Origin: the human T2T-CHM13v2.0 reference genome, Homo sapiens
Assembly (NCBI RefSeq): GCF_009914755.1
Contig: NC_060926.1
Length of the DNA: 64,000 nucleotides
Reading direction: 5' to 3' (one strand)
Shown: one piece after another, positions 12,386-28,327 of the stretch
How positions within the stretch are numbered: position 1 is the first letter of the stretch
Layout: each line of letters starts with the position of its first letter
Made by a program: the position numbers and the translations under genes
The notes under the pieces: generated by a model
Databases searched by the model: none
Told to the model about the DNA's origin: nothing
The model's input: the letters and a program-made list of their open reading frames with translations, nothing else

Positions 12386-14359
12386 CTGATCATGTGATGT
12401 AGTTCCATTCTGGTTTCTGAAGGACAGAGACATGGAGGAGGTTTGAAAACTGTCTCTTTCCCCTCTTAAAATTCAGTTTTTCCTTTACTAAATCCAAAAG
12501 AGTAAGTGAAGTGGTCCAAGAATTTAGCAATGTAGTCAAGGTCCATTTGATTAGGAAGTCTTTATATGACTAGAAACAGGATTGCTTTGGCACATACATA
12601 AAGACTCTACACATCCATCCTCAAATTTAGCAATTTGAAGCAGTTAGCTACACGGACAGTTTTGTATGCATTGCTAAATGCAGACACAAAAACTGCATTT
12701 GCAAAAAGAGGAAACCCAGTTAAACTAGGTTGCAAATTTGGCCCTAATTTAGCGTAGCATTTGTGATACATATAGGTTAGAGTGACATTTATATAATGGT
12801 GTGAAATATGAGAAAGTTCCAATGCTAGACACAAAGACTTTTAAAAATTGCTTTTGCCTACTTTGGTTAGTTTAAGAAACAGGAGGAAGAATTTGGTTTT
12901 TCAAGTGATGGGAAGCCTTTAAGGATGTTGGAACACTGTTCAGTCCCCTGGGGTTCTGCCTGCTGTACAATTTTAAATGTCTTTTAGCTAAAAAATTGGC
13001 CAACAAGGGAAACACAGAGATGAAATATCTTCTTTCTTATCTGGAAAGTGAGAAACTATAGGTGGCTAACATAATCCAATTTTGATATTCGAATAAATGG
13101 TCAGCTTTTGGGGTTAGAAAGTCATAATCCTCCTTGTTAATATGTCTATCTAACTGGAGTAACTACCTACCTATTAGAATTTATCTTGGAAATTTTGTCC
13201 TTATGCTCAGTTGTAGACGTGTTTCAGCTTAAGAAATACAGCCAAAAATGAGACTAGATAAATATACCATGTTTCATGTAAATGCTGCTATCATGGTACC
13301 TGAAACTATTTCCATTTCTTCATTGAAGACCACTGGAGGGCAGTGTTTTCTCCTTTGGGAACAGCACCTGGTTTCACATGGAGACTGCATAGATGTGTTA
13401 AAAAGGCATCTAGGTTACAGGAAATGAGTTGTACTTCTCATTCAGGCTGTGCTTGGAATTTACCCCCTCCTGTTTACGTGTCATTCAGATTGTTCCTTAT
13501 CATACTGCCTGTCAAATTAGTTGTACCTGAAATCAGATTCCAAAAGATCATGTACAATACATATTTACTGTTTTAAAGCTTTATATTCATTAACTATTTG
13601 AGGCATTATGTTAAGTTCATTTTGCTAATATAAATAGCAAATAAAAAAGGATATATAAGCAAGAGTAGGCAGTTTTAACCAGATGCTTTGCACTTAAAAT
13701 TTCAATATTTCATTGATTTTATTTTCAGTATAATTTTATTACATATAATATGTATACATATATTTGTCACCAAATTAGCAAATTCACATTTTCTGGAAAG
13801 AACAAATGAAGACTTTTCCTAGAAGCTTATTTGTCATATCTTATGATATGCCTTGTTCCCTAAGGATGGTATGTGGAAAAATGTTTAATTTCTTCTATTT
13901 TAAAAAATGATCTATTGCTGAGTATTAAATTATAAAATTATACTAATTTGTGTTTCCATTAGTTAAAAAATGAAACTGGATTACATATTAATTTGGTGTG
14001 TCAGGGGTCCATTTAATCTTTATTTAAAGGCATATAATGCAAACTGAATTCTTTTAATTATAATAGTCGTTTCATTGTTAAAAATGAAAATATCATATAT
14101 TTTAGCTCTGTGACTTTGTCCAGCAAAATACTGCTACTTTTGCAAAATCAATATATAATTTTAGTCTAATGATTTACTTGATTTATTTTTTTCAATAAAG
14201 TGCCCAGAAGCTTACCTGGAACTTGGCCAAAATAAGGCAGAGCAACTAATCACTTGAGGAAAAACATAAATAACAATATCTGTATCATAAATGCTTTTTA
14301 AAAGTATTTCATTTTTATAACATTATTTCCGATTACAAAAGTAATACATGTTCATTGTG

Positions 14360-14520
14360 TACAGCCGCGTGCCACCACGCCCGGCTAATTTTTTGTATTT
14401 TTAGTAGAGACGGGGTTTCACTGTGTTAGGAAGGATGGTCTCAATCTCCTGACCTCGTGATGCGCCCGCCTCGGCCTCCAAAAGGGCTGGGATTACAGGC
14501 GTGAGCCACTGTGCCTGGCC
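14360..14520 (-). mobile_element. Alu (AluY/Sc-like), 3' half missing
   Basis: gtgttag..aggatggtctcaatctcctgacctcgtgat diagnostics; most of the right monomer and the A-tail are absent. Confidence 0.9.
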
Positions 14521-14711
14521 TCTTATACATATTTTTATGCACTAGTAAGTATTAAAAATAATTAGGATATATGACATTACTCATTGATGAGTGACACTTC
14601 CCTTAAAATATATCACATTTTCCCATGTCATTAAATACTAACTATAGTATTCCATAGTATAAATGCACCATAGTTTGTCTAACAAGTTCTCTAACACTAT
14701 GTATTTGGTAA

Positions 14712-15015
<304 letters not shown>

Positions 15016-15607
15016 AATAATTGCTAATTTTTCTATATCATAAACAATGTTATGTGAACATCTCTGTGGACAAATATTTGCATACATTTATAATTACTTC
15101 CTCCAGATAAATTTCTAAAAGGGGAATTTTAGGGTCAAAAAGGATTTTTTTATGAGTTTTGATACGTAGACTAAAGTGCCTTCCAAAATGGAAGTACATG
15201 AGAATGTCTGTTTATCCTAATCTTCACCAACACTAAATGTTAACAGGTTTTTAATGGTCTCGAATTTGATGTTTGAAAAAATAATTGTTTTTACTTTTAG
15301 TTATTTTGCTTACTTGAAAAATTTTAAATTTCATATATTGTTTGCCATTTATAATATTGCTTTATAGTGTACTTATTCCTATACAACACCCATTTTTTCT
15401 GTTGGGGTGTTTGTATTTTTTTTATTTTTTATAAAGAAAGGTGTTTATGTAAAATTGCCATAGTAACACTATGCCATACATTTTACAAGGATCTTTCTAA
15501 GCTAAACTTTATCATATTTTGTTATTGACTTTTTCACTTTTAAATTGTCAATTTCTCAAGTGTTTTCATTAACATTTCTACCTTTACTTGTAGAAAATCT
15601 TCCTCAT

Positions 15608-15866
15608 GGCCGGGCGCGGTGGCTCATGCCTGTGATCCCAGCACTTTGGGAAGCTGGGGTGGGTGGATCACGAGGTCAGGAGTTCAAGACCAGCCTGGCC
15701 AGCATGGTGAAACCCCGTCTCTAATAAAAAATACAAAAATTAGCCAGGCATGGTGGCACATGCCTATAGTCTCAGCTACTTAGGAGGCTGAGGCAGGAGA
15801 ATCACTTGAACCCAGGAGGCGGAGGCCTGGGCGACAGAGTGAGACTCCATCTCTGAAGAAAAAAAG
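15608..15866 (+). mobile_element. AluS with right-arm internal deletion
   Basis: TSD gaaaatcttcctca (15593-15606 / 15867-15880). Confidence 0.95.
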
Positions 15867-15908
15867 GAAAATCTTCCTCACAAAAGGTTAGATAAATATT
15901 CACTTTTA

Positions 15909-16085
<177 letters not shown>

Positions 16086-16887
16086 AAATATTCACTTTTG
16101 TTTTCTCCTACATATTTGATGATTTTTTTTTGTTTTCATTTTATGCATTTAGTGCTTTAATATGTCTGCAATTTATTTTGGTTTATCATGTGAGGAGAGG
16201 ATTGGATTCTTGTTTTTCAGCTTGTCCCTGCAAGTTTATTGAATAATATAGTTTTTTCCTACTGATTTTAAGATTTTTGAATTTAGCTGAAAGGTTTTAT
16301 CTTCTAGAGACCTCTCTTGAGATTAATTTCCACTCCACTGATTTCTCTATTTTTCTACCTTTATCACAATATTTAAATAATACAGTCTTATATCTAGTAT
16401 TGCAAGTCCTTCAGTAGTTTTCCTTTCCAAAATTTTCTTTGTCATTCTTGACTATTCGTTCATATTATTCTGAATTACATTATTAAGTTAAAAAAAGATT
16501 CACTTAAGAACATATGTTTTGCTGTGAAAAAATACTCAAGATATATTAAGTGAAGAAAGCAAATTGTACAACAATATATATATTAGCCTTCTTAAAATTA
16601 AAAAAGTCAGAAAAAGCATAGAAGTGTGTGTGCAGGCCCATGTGTATGTGAGGCTGTTCCTTATTGATACATATAAACATTCTGGAAGATTGGCCAAAAA
16701 AAGTATTAACAATGGTTAGCTTTGGTTAATGGGAATGGACATTGTGGAGAAGAGGAAATTTTGCTCTTTACTATAAAGAAACTTCTTAGGTAGTTTGGAT
16801 TTTCTACTATGAACAAGCATTAGTCATAAAATTTTGGTAAATGTCTTTGAAAAAAATATTTGAAAAAGATTATTAAAAAGCTACTTA

Positions 16888-17454
<567 letters not shown>

Positions 17455-19696
17455 CTACCACAATTTTTTTAAAGCTATTTACAATGATTTACCCCTGGGG
17501 AGTTGGATTGAGGAGTTAGGATGTAGGCCAAGGACAATATTTTTCATTTAACACCTTCTGCATGGCCTGAATTTTTCAGGAGAAGCCCATATTATTTTCA
17601 TAATAAAAAAATTTTAGGACTCTCTCTAGACCTATTCTGATTCAGAGGCTGCCCAATTAAAAGAAATTTAATGTCATAGCTAATTTTAAAAATTTATTGG
17701 AAATCCTACGCTGAATTACATTAAATTTATAAATGATGGGACAGCTTTAAAATATTTACTCACATAGAAAGTTTTCAAAAATTTTAATGATCCTTTGAAA
17801 ATTTTGTAATTTCTTCATATGGGTCCTACACAAGTTCTGTAGTTTATTAGTGTATCCCTGGGTTTTTTATATCTGTATCTCTATCTACAGATTGATAGAG
17901 AGATATATATAATATTATATCAATTGCCTAATTGCTATTTTTTGTAAAATTAATTTGTCTCATTGAAGACTTTTTTGTAATTATTTTTTCCTCTAAATAA
18001 CTGAAGGAAACTGTTGATTTTCATAATTTTCTTTACTTTAATCTTAAAAATAATCCTAAAGTAATTGGTCCATTCAAGTTGGTCAGTTCAAGTTCAAGCT
18101 AAAATTATTGGTTTGTGTAGAAATACTCTAATTTAGCCAATGTAACTGTTTTTTATTTATGTGATTTTTTTTGAATCATGTAAACATGGCTTAAGAAAAT
18201 ATCTATTATAAAGAATACTCTATAATATAAATGCCTGCAGAGTATAATACCTGTCACTCTCTGAAAAGGAATGCAAAGGAGTAATGAAGGAAAAATAATT
18301 ATTAGTACGATAGGATTTCCATGAATAATTTATGAGAACCTAGACAAGGAGTAAACAATAGATATCACCCATTTTGAGTCCTATAGACTTTTTCCATATT
18401 TGCAGAAGATATTGCTTGTATTTTTTTCATTTCTAAAAGGAAAGTGTTTTGCTTTTATTTCTGACTATATATTATCATTGTAGAAAGCATTCAATACTAT
18501 AGACAAAAAGTATTTTCTTATATGAAGATCAACCATAAACCTATCATCCAGATAAAACTACCATAAATAGTATTTTGCCTATTCCTCAAGAATTAATTAC
18601 ATTAACATATATTTCACATATTTATAAAAGAGATCACACTGTACATACAGTTTTATAGCCTCCTTTTTTTCTCTTAATATATAATCACTGCTGTCTTTTA
18701 ATGTCCATACAGATCTTCATAATTCTTAATGGCTATTGTTGAAACGTACATTTTATTTTATGGATGTTCCATAATTTATTTGATCAATCCCCTGTTGATT
18801 AACATTTAGGTAGTTTCAACTTTTTTTACTTTGAATATTGTAATACATCTTTTCACATTTGACAAGATTATTCCTTAAGAAATGTAAATGCTCAATGAGT
18901 CTGCATAATTTTAAGACTTTCGTGTTAAAATTAAATATTTTTTCTTAAAATTAAAATATGTGTTATTGCTGAACTGTCCTCCAAAAGAGGTCACAGTCAT
19001 TTTGCTCTCAAGACATTTCTACATTGGTTTTTCTTCTCTCTCTCTTTTTTTTAATTTTCAAACTCCGCAAAGTCTCAGAATATATCAGGTGTTAATATAA
19101 TCTTAAAAATCATTTACATTCCAATAGATGGGAAATTTTATTTTATTGTTTCTTTTAATTTCCAGAATTTGATAAGTAATGAGGTTTATCTTGTTTCCAT
19201 GCGTCTATGGCCTATTATCTTATTCCTGCTGTTCTTCTGGAGTATACCTCTTATTATTATTGACTTGTAAGCACCTCTCTAGGATTACAAATATTAATTT
19301 TTTGTTTGTGATGTGTATTTTTTTAGTATGTCTTTAGTCTTTTTACCTTGTTTATGCCATTTTTGTCATACAAAGTTTTTATGTATTCCAATTAATGACT
19401 TTGGTATCACTCTTAGACATTCTTTACAAGATTAGTAAGAAAAAATTCAGTATTTTATTCTAATTATATTATCTTTATCTTTTCATATTTTTCATTTATA
19501 TCTCTTACCAACTTAGAGTTTCTTTTTTTAAAGTATACATTAGAGATTTAATATTTCTTCCAAGGGCTTAGTTACTATCCCCACACCACTTTTGAGCAAT
19601 CCATTATTTTCTCCACTACATTCTTGGATATGCTGTTATCTAGTTCCGGATTTTTGCCTCTATTTCGTTGACATTTTTTAGCTGTGTGATTCCGAG

Positions 19697-20151
19697 GTAT
19701 TGTTCAGGTTTTTCTGCAATAATGCTGTGTGACAAACACTTCCCCAAATCTCAGTGGCGTACAACAAAAAATATTTATTTCTCTTTCGTGGGTATCTGGG
19801 TCAGCTGTGACACTGCAGTGTTCTTCTGGACACAAATGGACTTTGCTCCAAGCTACGGGTCAGATTTGAGTGCTACACATTTCTGTTTTTTCAGGCTGTG
19901 ATAACAACAGCTCCCTGGAATAAATTCTTCTTATAATGGATGGTAAGAGTACAAGAAGGCTGGCTGAAACTTGCCACACTCTTAAACCTCAACTCCAACA
20001 CATTGTTTTTTCCACGTACACTGCATTGGTCTGAAGATCACACAATCAACCCTAAGTGAATGCGAAAGGAAAATGCATTGTCTCCACGGGGAAGGCATGT
20101 CAGGGACTTAGAGAAAATGAAGAACTGTAAGCAAATAATAATATCTACCAC
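19697..20151 (-). mobile_element. Old MLT1 (ERVL-MaLR) LTR
   Basis: aataatgctgtgtgacaaac..cccaaatctcagtggc.tacaacaa..atttatttct; ends atctaccaca. Confidence 0.65.
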
Positions 20152-20836
20152 ACTGAGCTAGTTATATTTTCTAAGTCTCAGTTTCCTCAGTGTCAAATAC
20201 AATAATTGTGAAGACTCAATTATATAGATGATAAGGCAGATTAGCTCCTACCCCTATCATTCTTTCTTTTAAAGGATTTTCTGACTATTCTCTACCATTT
20301 TTTCCTCCAGATGAATGGATTTTAGATTCCATCACATATGTTCATCTTTTTAATAAGTGAGGAAAATATCTTCTCAGTCATACTACTTTTAGACTGATGA
20401 GCAAGTTGTTCCAGAGCCTTACCAAGAGGAGGTTCAGGAATGACTTGGAACCTGTAATAATCAACATATTTTTTGTTTATTCAAAAAATTCAAAACTATG
20501 CTGCACCAATTTGCAAATGATATTGAATAAATTGGGGTGGTTAGTATCCTGGAAAAATAAACTAAAATTTAAATTAGGATAATGATCATATTTTTAAAAT
20601 GAGGCTCAAAAGAAGCAAATGTGAGGTGTACACATAAACAATAACATATAGAATTGTGCAGGAATGTCTAGGCAAAAAGCACAGAGAAAAAAGACTTGAG
20701 GGTCTATCTAGAGTACACGAACGGTCCCCAATGCGGATGAAAAAGAGTTTTCATGATTTATGAAATATCCCAAACAGGCAGGAAACCATTTTTCCTCTGT
20801 TTCATGTATAAATTATACTTTTATATATATATATAA

Positions 20837-21156
<320 letters not shown>

Positions 21157-22208
21157 CTAATTATACTTTCATTTGAAAATTATTTCCTGCTTTGAACCAC
21201 ATTTTTAAAGGATGTGTAGAAATTGATGAGAGTTCAAAGAATAAAAAAGTAGCTAAAAAGATCTAATTTAGGTCCTTGAGACAAGCTAAGGGAATTGGCA
21301 TTTTTAGTCTTAAAAGGCTAAGGTACTGACTTGATTAGTATTCACTTGTAAAATTTATTTCCAGAGAAAAAATAATGAGCATTGTTCCTCTATGTCTAAA
21401 TAAGAACAAAAAAATTTTCATGAAAACAATTTATGACTATAAGGAGCAATGATTGTTGTTAAGTCATGGAAATACTAAAGATAAATATCAAGAAAGATTT
21501 AACATTTTCTATGTCTGGAAAGTGAAATAATTCTATGTTATAAGCAAGAGAATAGACAATTATGAATCTGGTTAAAACTGTCATTTGAAGGCCAGAGATA
21601 GACAGATACTCTTCTAACACTATGAGCTTATAAATTAATCTCAAGATAAATTGCCTAACATGTTAATCTGTAGTATTCATTAATAAATTAACTTGTGTAT
21701 TTATTATGTAGTTCATCATAGCAAAATATCTGACATATTTATGTACATTTTTAATGTAAAATAAAATAGCATAGTTGTCCAATTTACTGCTTCTTGATAA
21801 ATAGCAACAGATATATTAGGAATTCATTTGGTCAGTTTTGTTCTGTGGATCATTTTAGGCTATTAGGCAAAAGCATCCAATAAAATGTGACTCAAACTAT
21901 GCCCATTCATTATTGATTATAATACAGAAATATGGGGTTTTAAATGTATTTTTAAACACTACTTTGAGCCTTAATTTTAAAGCCATATATTTTAAGTTAT
22001 CCTCCAAAGACTCAAGTTTTGGAATGAAAATCCCCTTTTAAATATTATTTGTTAGTTCTAAAAAACTGAATTTTGAAAGGGGCATCTTCCATGCATTTTA
22101 AAAGGAGTCTGTAATAATTAAAAAAAAAACATGCGAAATTCTCAGTAAAAAGGCAACTGGGAGGAGCAACATCCTTTGCTTTCAGTCTTATGAGGAACTA
22201 ACTGTTCC

Positions 22209-22266
22209 ATGTATGTGTGTGTGTGTATGTGTATGGGTGCATGCGTGTGTGTATATATATGTGTGA
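22209..22266 (+). repeat. (TG)n/(TATG)n simple repeat
   Basis: gtatgtgtgtgtgtgtatgtgtatgg... Confidence 0.8.
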
Positions 22267-22332
22267 GATAAGAATTTTTAAGTGAGGATAAATGTCAGTT
22301 CTCAAAAATATAGACCTGTTGATTAATTTATC

Positions 22333-22670
<338 letters not shown>

Positions 22671-23569
22671 TAGAAAGCAAGAATGAAGTAAAGTTGTTTT
22701 GTTTTTATTTAAACATCTGTCTATAGTTCTGTGAAATGTGTGTATATATATGGAAAGCACAAATAGTTTATTCCCTACTCAACCCACTGGTATAAACTTT
22801 GTATAAGAAAGCAGTACATTTACAGATTACAAATGGGTCAATCCTGTCCCCAGATTTTTAGAATATTTCCAAACCACTGATATTATTGACTCTGATTTCA
22901 TTTTGCCCCAAATGAAGGTCTGTTCTAACTTCTCTCTGCTTTGTTAGTTTTACATAATTAAATGGCCTTCACTGCTTGAAAGCCTTCCAATGGGTTCCAC
23001 TTTTTTATTGTGTTATCTCAACTATTGATAAATTCATATTTGCAAGACTAATAGGCTGTCAAACTGTGTTGATGTCTGTGTTAGTTGTGAATATCCCTTA
23101 AAGTATTCTTTGCATTGCAGCAAGAGAGATCAACCCATTTAGAGGAGAGTGTGACCAAAAGTGACAGCCTTGCTTTCTTAGCTATAGAATCATCAATGCA
23201 TGGAAATATGCACAAGGTGGAAATAATGTAGGATGTCTATTTCAATTTCTAAAATTAATTTTTAATAATATTTTGTGTTTTATTTAAAACACTTTTTTTT
23301 GTAAGATAAAAAACTATATCACAGGACCCCACTGTCAGAACTGACTATGGTCGTAAAGGTGAAAATAGTGTTTATTCTGCCTTCTAGTTTACTTTTCCAC
23401 CACTAAACAGCACCAGAGGCATGGCAACACTCAATATTTATTTGTTGTTTTGATTAACTGACAATGTAATATAATGGTAACACAATTGACCCTTCTTTGG
23501 TTTTTTTAACTTCTCCATAACTTTGCTGTTTTTAAAGCCACAGTTTAAAAGTATTTAGCTATTCTCAGG

Positions 23570-23984
23570 TGATATGGTTTGGATGTTTTGTCCCCTCCAA
23601 ATATCATGTTGAAATGTAATCTCTGATACTGGAGGTGGGCCTAGTGGGAGGTGTTTGGGTCATTGGGGCAGATCTCTCATGAATGGCCTGGTGTTGTCCT
23701 CAAGGTAATGAATGAGTTGTTGCTCTATGGGTTCACACAAGATCTGGTTGTTTAAAAAAGACTGGCACCTCCTCCCTCTGTCTTGCTCCCTCTCTCACCA
23801 TGTGACATGCTGGCTCCCCTTCACCTTCTGCCATGATTATAAGCTTCTGAGGCCCTCACCAGAGGCTGATGCAAGCACTATGCTTTGTGTACAGCCTTCA
23901 GAATGTTGAGTCAAATAAATCTATTTTCTTTATAAATCACCCTGTCTCAGGTATTTCTTTATATCAAGGTAAAGGACTAACATA
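23570..23984 (+). mobile_element. MST (MSTB-like) solo LTR
   Basis: TGATATGGTTTGG..GGACTAACATA with exact 5-bp TSD TCAGG on both sides. Confidence 0.92.
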
Positions 23985-24419
23985 TCAGGTGAGAAGTAAT
24001 TTGACACACACACAAAAAAGTTTAGTTGGCATTTTCATTCACTGTAGTTGGAAATTTGGCAGTGTTCATCAAAATACAGTACACATGCATTTGACTCAGT
24101 AATTCCATTTCTTTAAGACTATACTATAAAATACTCAAATGTACCCACAAAGGCTACACGTGCAAGGCTACATGTGGCATCATTGTTTTCAATAGAAAAC
24201 ACTTGAAAGAACCTAAATATTCATCATAGATAGTTTAATAAAGTAAGGTATATCTTCACTTTGAAACACTATGCAACAATTTTAAAAGAAGGAGGTATAT
24301 CTATGTATATAGACATGAAAAGATCTTCAAGATGTGTTGCTTAGAGTTTAAACAAGCAAACCTCTCCAAACAATGTATGTGATGTAAATGCTTAAGGATA
24401 TATGCTGAAATAATAGACA

Positions 24420-24767
24420 TGGTCTTAGTCTGCTTGGGCAGCTATAACAAAATACCTTAGCCTGGGAAAATTATAAATAATAAAATTTTATTTCTAATAG
24501 TTCTGGAGGCTGGGAAGTCCAAGATCAAGGCTCCAACAGATTCAATGTCTGGCGAGGGCTTATTCTCTGCTTCCAATATGATGCCTTCACGCTGCATCCT
24601 CACATAGCAGAAGAGGACAGAGGGCACTCTTCCCAACCTCATCTATAAGGGCATTAATCTCATTCATGAGAGTGGAGCCCTCATGACTCAATCACTTCAA
24701 AAAAGACCCTACCTCTTAATACTATGAATTGGTGGGAGGTGAGAACACTAACATTCAGGCCATCACA
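24420..24767 (-). mobile_element. MLT1A-like solo LTR
   Basis: tcttagtctgcttgggc.gctataacaaaatacc..ttctggaggctgggaagtccaagatcaagg..acattcag.ccatcaca. Confidence 0.85.
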
Positions 24768-25757
24768 GATGTCAAACTTTTAATCATATTAACCTCTGAT
24801 GATAAAATGATGTGTTTTAAGATGTGGGGAAGAGCTTTCACTTTTTACTCTAATATATTGGTGTGTTGTTTTAATTTTTAATGATGAGCATGCATTTAAG
24901 TATGAAATAATTAAACAAATCTTTGATTTTTAAAAGCAATTTTTACACAGAGAACCATTTCTCTGATAAACAATTTTTGAGTATAACATGAAATACTTAT
25001 TCTCTAATTATTCTCTATTAATGTTTTTCTTTATGTACAACTTATGTTACTTGAATCCCAGTAGATATTAATATGTATTCATGTATGTTCTGTTTTGACA
25101 TTTTATTTTCTATTTATCTGCTTACCTCACACAAGACATTATTTATTGCTGAGATTAAGTCTTGTCCATATAGACCTTTGTAATTCAAATATTAAAATTA
25201 CAAAAAACATTACTTACCTCTTGTCATTTCTTAGACTCTACTTTTGTATATACTTGTTTACAATCTAAAACTTAGGTACATAATTATTTTTTGTTTTTAC
25301 CTGTTTTATCATGAGAAATATTTTAAATAATGAATAAGGAAGAGATATGCTGACATATATTGAGAAATTGCCTTCCAAAAAAAGTAAATTTTTAAAATGT
25401 TACAAATGCTTAAACTTACTTGTTCACTCTCACTAGATTTCAGCTACAGGTTTTGATCTCCACTTTATAAAATCCTGAATATCTAAACCAAGTCTTTCAT
25501 TATTTTCTCTGAAGCATAACTTAGTCTTAACAGAGGTCTTTCCTGAAAAGAGGAAATTTTTTTTTATGGTTGAAGCCTGTCTCATTTAAGGCCATTTTAA
25601 GCTGACTTCTAATATTAAGATTATTAAGGAGAAAATGTAGGCATCCCTTATCGCATACGGCCTCTACAGAATCTGATCTGGTCAGCAGAAGAACTGCAAA
25701 TAAAAGCATGATTTCCTAAAGTTTACTGCTATTTTCTCCCCCACCCTCCCCTCTGGC

Positions 25758-26058
25758 TTTTTTTTTTTTTTTTTTTTTAGACAGAGTTTCATTCTGTTGC
25801 CCAGGCTGGAATGGAGTGGTGCAATCTTAGCTCACTACAACCTCCACCTCCTAGGTTCAAGCGATTCTCCTGCCTCAGCCTCCTGGTAGCTGGGATTACA
25901 GGTGTGTGTCACCACGCCCAGCTGATTTTTGTATTTTTAGTAGAGACAGGGTTTCACCATGTTGCCCAGTCTGGTCTTGAACTCCTGACCTCAAGTGACC
26001 CACCCGCCTCGGCCTCCCAAAGTGCTGGGATTACAGGCATGAGCCACTGCACCCGGCC
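25758..26058 (-). mobile_element. AluS
   Basis: Full dimer; TSD ttta(c/t)tgctattttct. Confidence 0.95.
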
Positions 26059-26525
26059 AAATTTATTGCTATTTTCTAAATGAAAAGGTATTATACTAAT
26101 AAGATGGAACAAAATCTAGTGATAGTTACTGCTTTAACGATTCAGATTCAGAAATAGCCACTCATCTTCCCAGGAAGAAAAGTTTTTAATTCAACAAGTA
26201 GAAAATAAAGCTGCTTTCATACATTTTTCTATAAACGCATTCCAAGAAAGAAATAGGCAGGTAAAAACCTTAAAGCAGGAAAATTCAGCAATAAATAATG
26301 CGGCTTTTTGTTTGGTTTTAATCATTCATATTATTTTCTTTGTTCTTTAAATCTACTTCCCTTTTCCTTTTATAGTAGTATTTCTAAAGTCAATGGAGAA
26401 AGGATACGTTGTTGAAGAACAAGCAACAAAAGACATGTTAATGATATGATACAAAAAAATGTTAAAAATCTTACTTAGGTCTTAACAGTCTTGCGAGACA
26501 TTAGCTTCTCTTTATATTCTGTTTT

Positions 26526-26662
26526 GTTTATGTTTTTTTTCTTTTAGAGATTAGGTCTTCCTAGGTTGCCCGGACTGGGCTTTAACTCCTGGGCTCAAAA
26601 GGTCCTCCTGCCTCAGTCTCCCGAGTAGCTGGGACTACAGGTGCACACCAGTGCACCCAGCT
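26526..26662 (-). mobile_element. FLAM (free left Alu monomer)
   Basis: Single monomer; flanking ttctgtttt duplication. Confidence 0.85.
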
Positions 26663-28327
26663 ACCTTCTGTTTTCTTCTCACTTCTCACCACCTCCATTT
26701 TTCATAAGCACTGTCATCTTAATTGAATATCAACAGAACGAATGATGCTATTGGGAGCTACAACTTTCATTTAAATGTACAAACTTTTAAATAGTTGATG
26801 ATCTAACAGAAGAGACAAGATAACCCTGAAATGAATTCACTTAAACTAATATGGATTGTTTAGTATTCTAGATATTTACTTGTAGGTTTGCTTATTATAT
26901 AGATATTTGTATGCATCTATTACATAAATTATTACATATAAATACATGTACATGAAGGGGAAGAAGTCATTAATTGTTCTGTATTAGTCCAGAGATGGTT
27001 TCTGCAAGAAAATATTGATGGCTGATAATTCCATGCTTTTAGAAAGCTTTAAGATTATAATGGACCAAAGGAGCATATGAACTTTTTACTTCTAGAAACT
27101 GCAATATTGTCACGAAAATGATTGGTCTCTACTGGACAACTAAAAATACACATATATAATATCCAACACATATATACACACTCATTACTATTAGTCTGTT
27201 CACCTCAAGGTGAAAAAAATTTCTGTCTTTCAAACTTTGTTTCGAACTGAATTTGGATGAACTGGAAATAAATTCATATACGAAGAAAAAAATTTGTTTT
27301 CCATTTCTATATGCAGTTTGATAACTGACTTCTATTTTAGAACTATTTTTTACACAAATATAAATAATACACATCGAAAGAAATGTCCATATTGTCAGCA
27401 GGAATGAAATTTAAAATCGCTTTGCTGGAAACATAACCAGTCCTCATGTAACCTTCACTCAAAAGAGCTAATAGTAGTATAAATGCATCCCGTTTACCGA
27501 AACCTCCATTTATCTAACTTGGATGACTTTAGTAATGTTATACTTTCTTAAAATTAATGAAAGTATTATACTTACCTGTATCTCTATGAAGGAATAAATG
27601 AGGCCATACAACTAATTTTATGTATTTGTTAGCTATCCTATGTTTTTACAGGGCCAAGCTCCAATATATCTGTTCCTAATGATCTGCTTCTTGTCCTTGG
27701 TAGGGTGAGTTGGAATGCCATTTCTGGTATTTTTCTACTGAGGATATTTTCTTAGTACATCAAAATCCAAATAACCTTGAAGACCCCATCTAGCACAACT
27801 TTGGTTAAAGATATATTGCCTACCTGTAACTAAACAACAAAGATAATTTTTTCCTCAACAGCAAAGTGGGAGAAGTATTCCGAGTTCTGTCTGAAACTTG
27901 GTTCATTTCTTTTTAGGGTACACTGGACAGTTAAATAAACTATTTTCCATTTTTTTGTTAAGTGAACTTCTAATAATAAAACAAGCCACCTAAATGGTTT
28001 TCCATTGAGATGAGAAGTTTTATAAAGACCTTGGGTTGTTTTACCCAACACTTTATGCTGTGAACAACTCATGGTTATGTTGAGAACGAGGCTGTTACAT
28101 GCCTTTCATGGTCTAATTTTAAAGGTTCTGCAGAATGGAGCCTCCACTACTTTCCTGGGAAGACACTTCTCCAGTGTAGCCCCTCTAATTATTTAAGGTA
28201 GGTCTCCATTGCTTTAAAATAGCTGAGTTATTCAAGTTTGAAAAGCAGCTACTCGCAAGCAGCCTGACTTAAACTGACAAAAGCAAGGAAATTCTGGATC
28301 CATAATTCACCTTCCACCCCTTGACCT

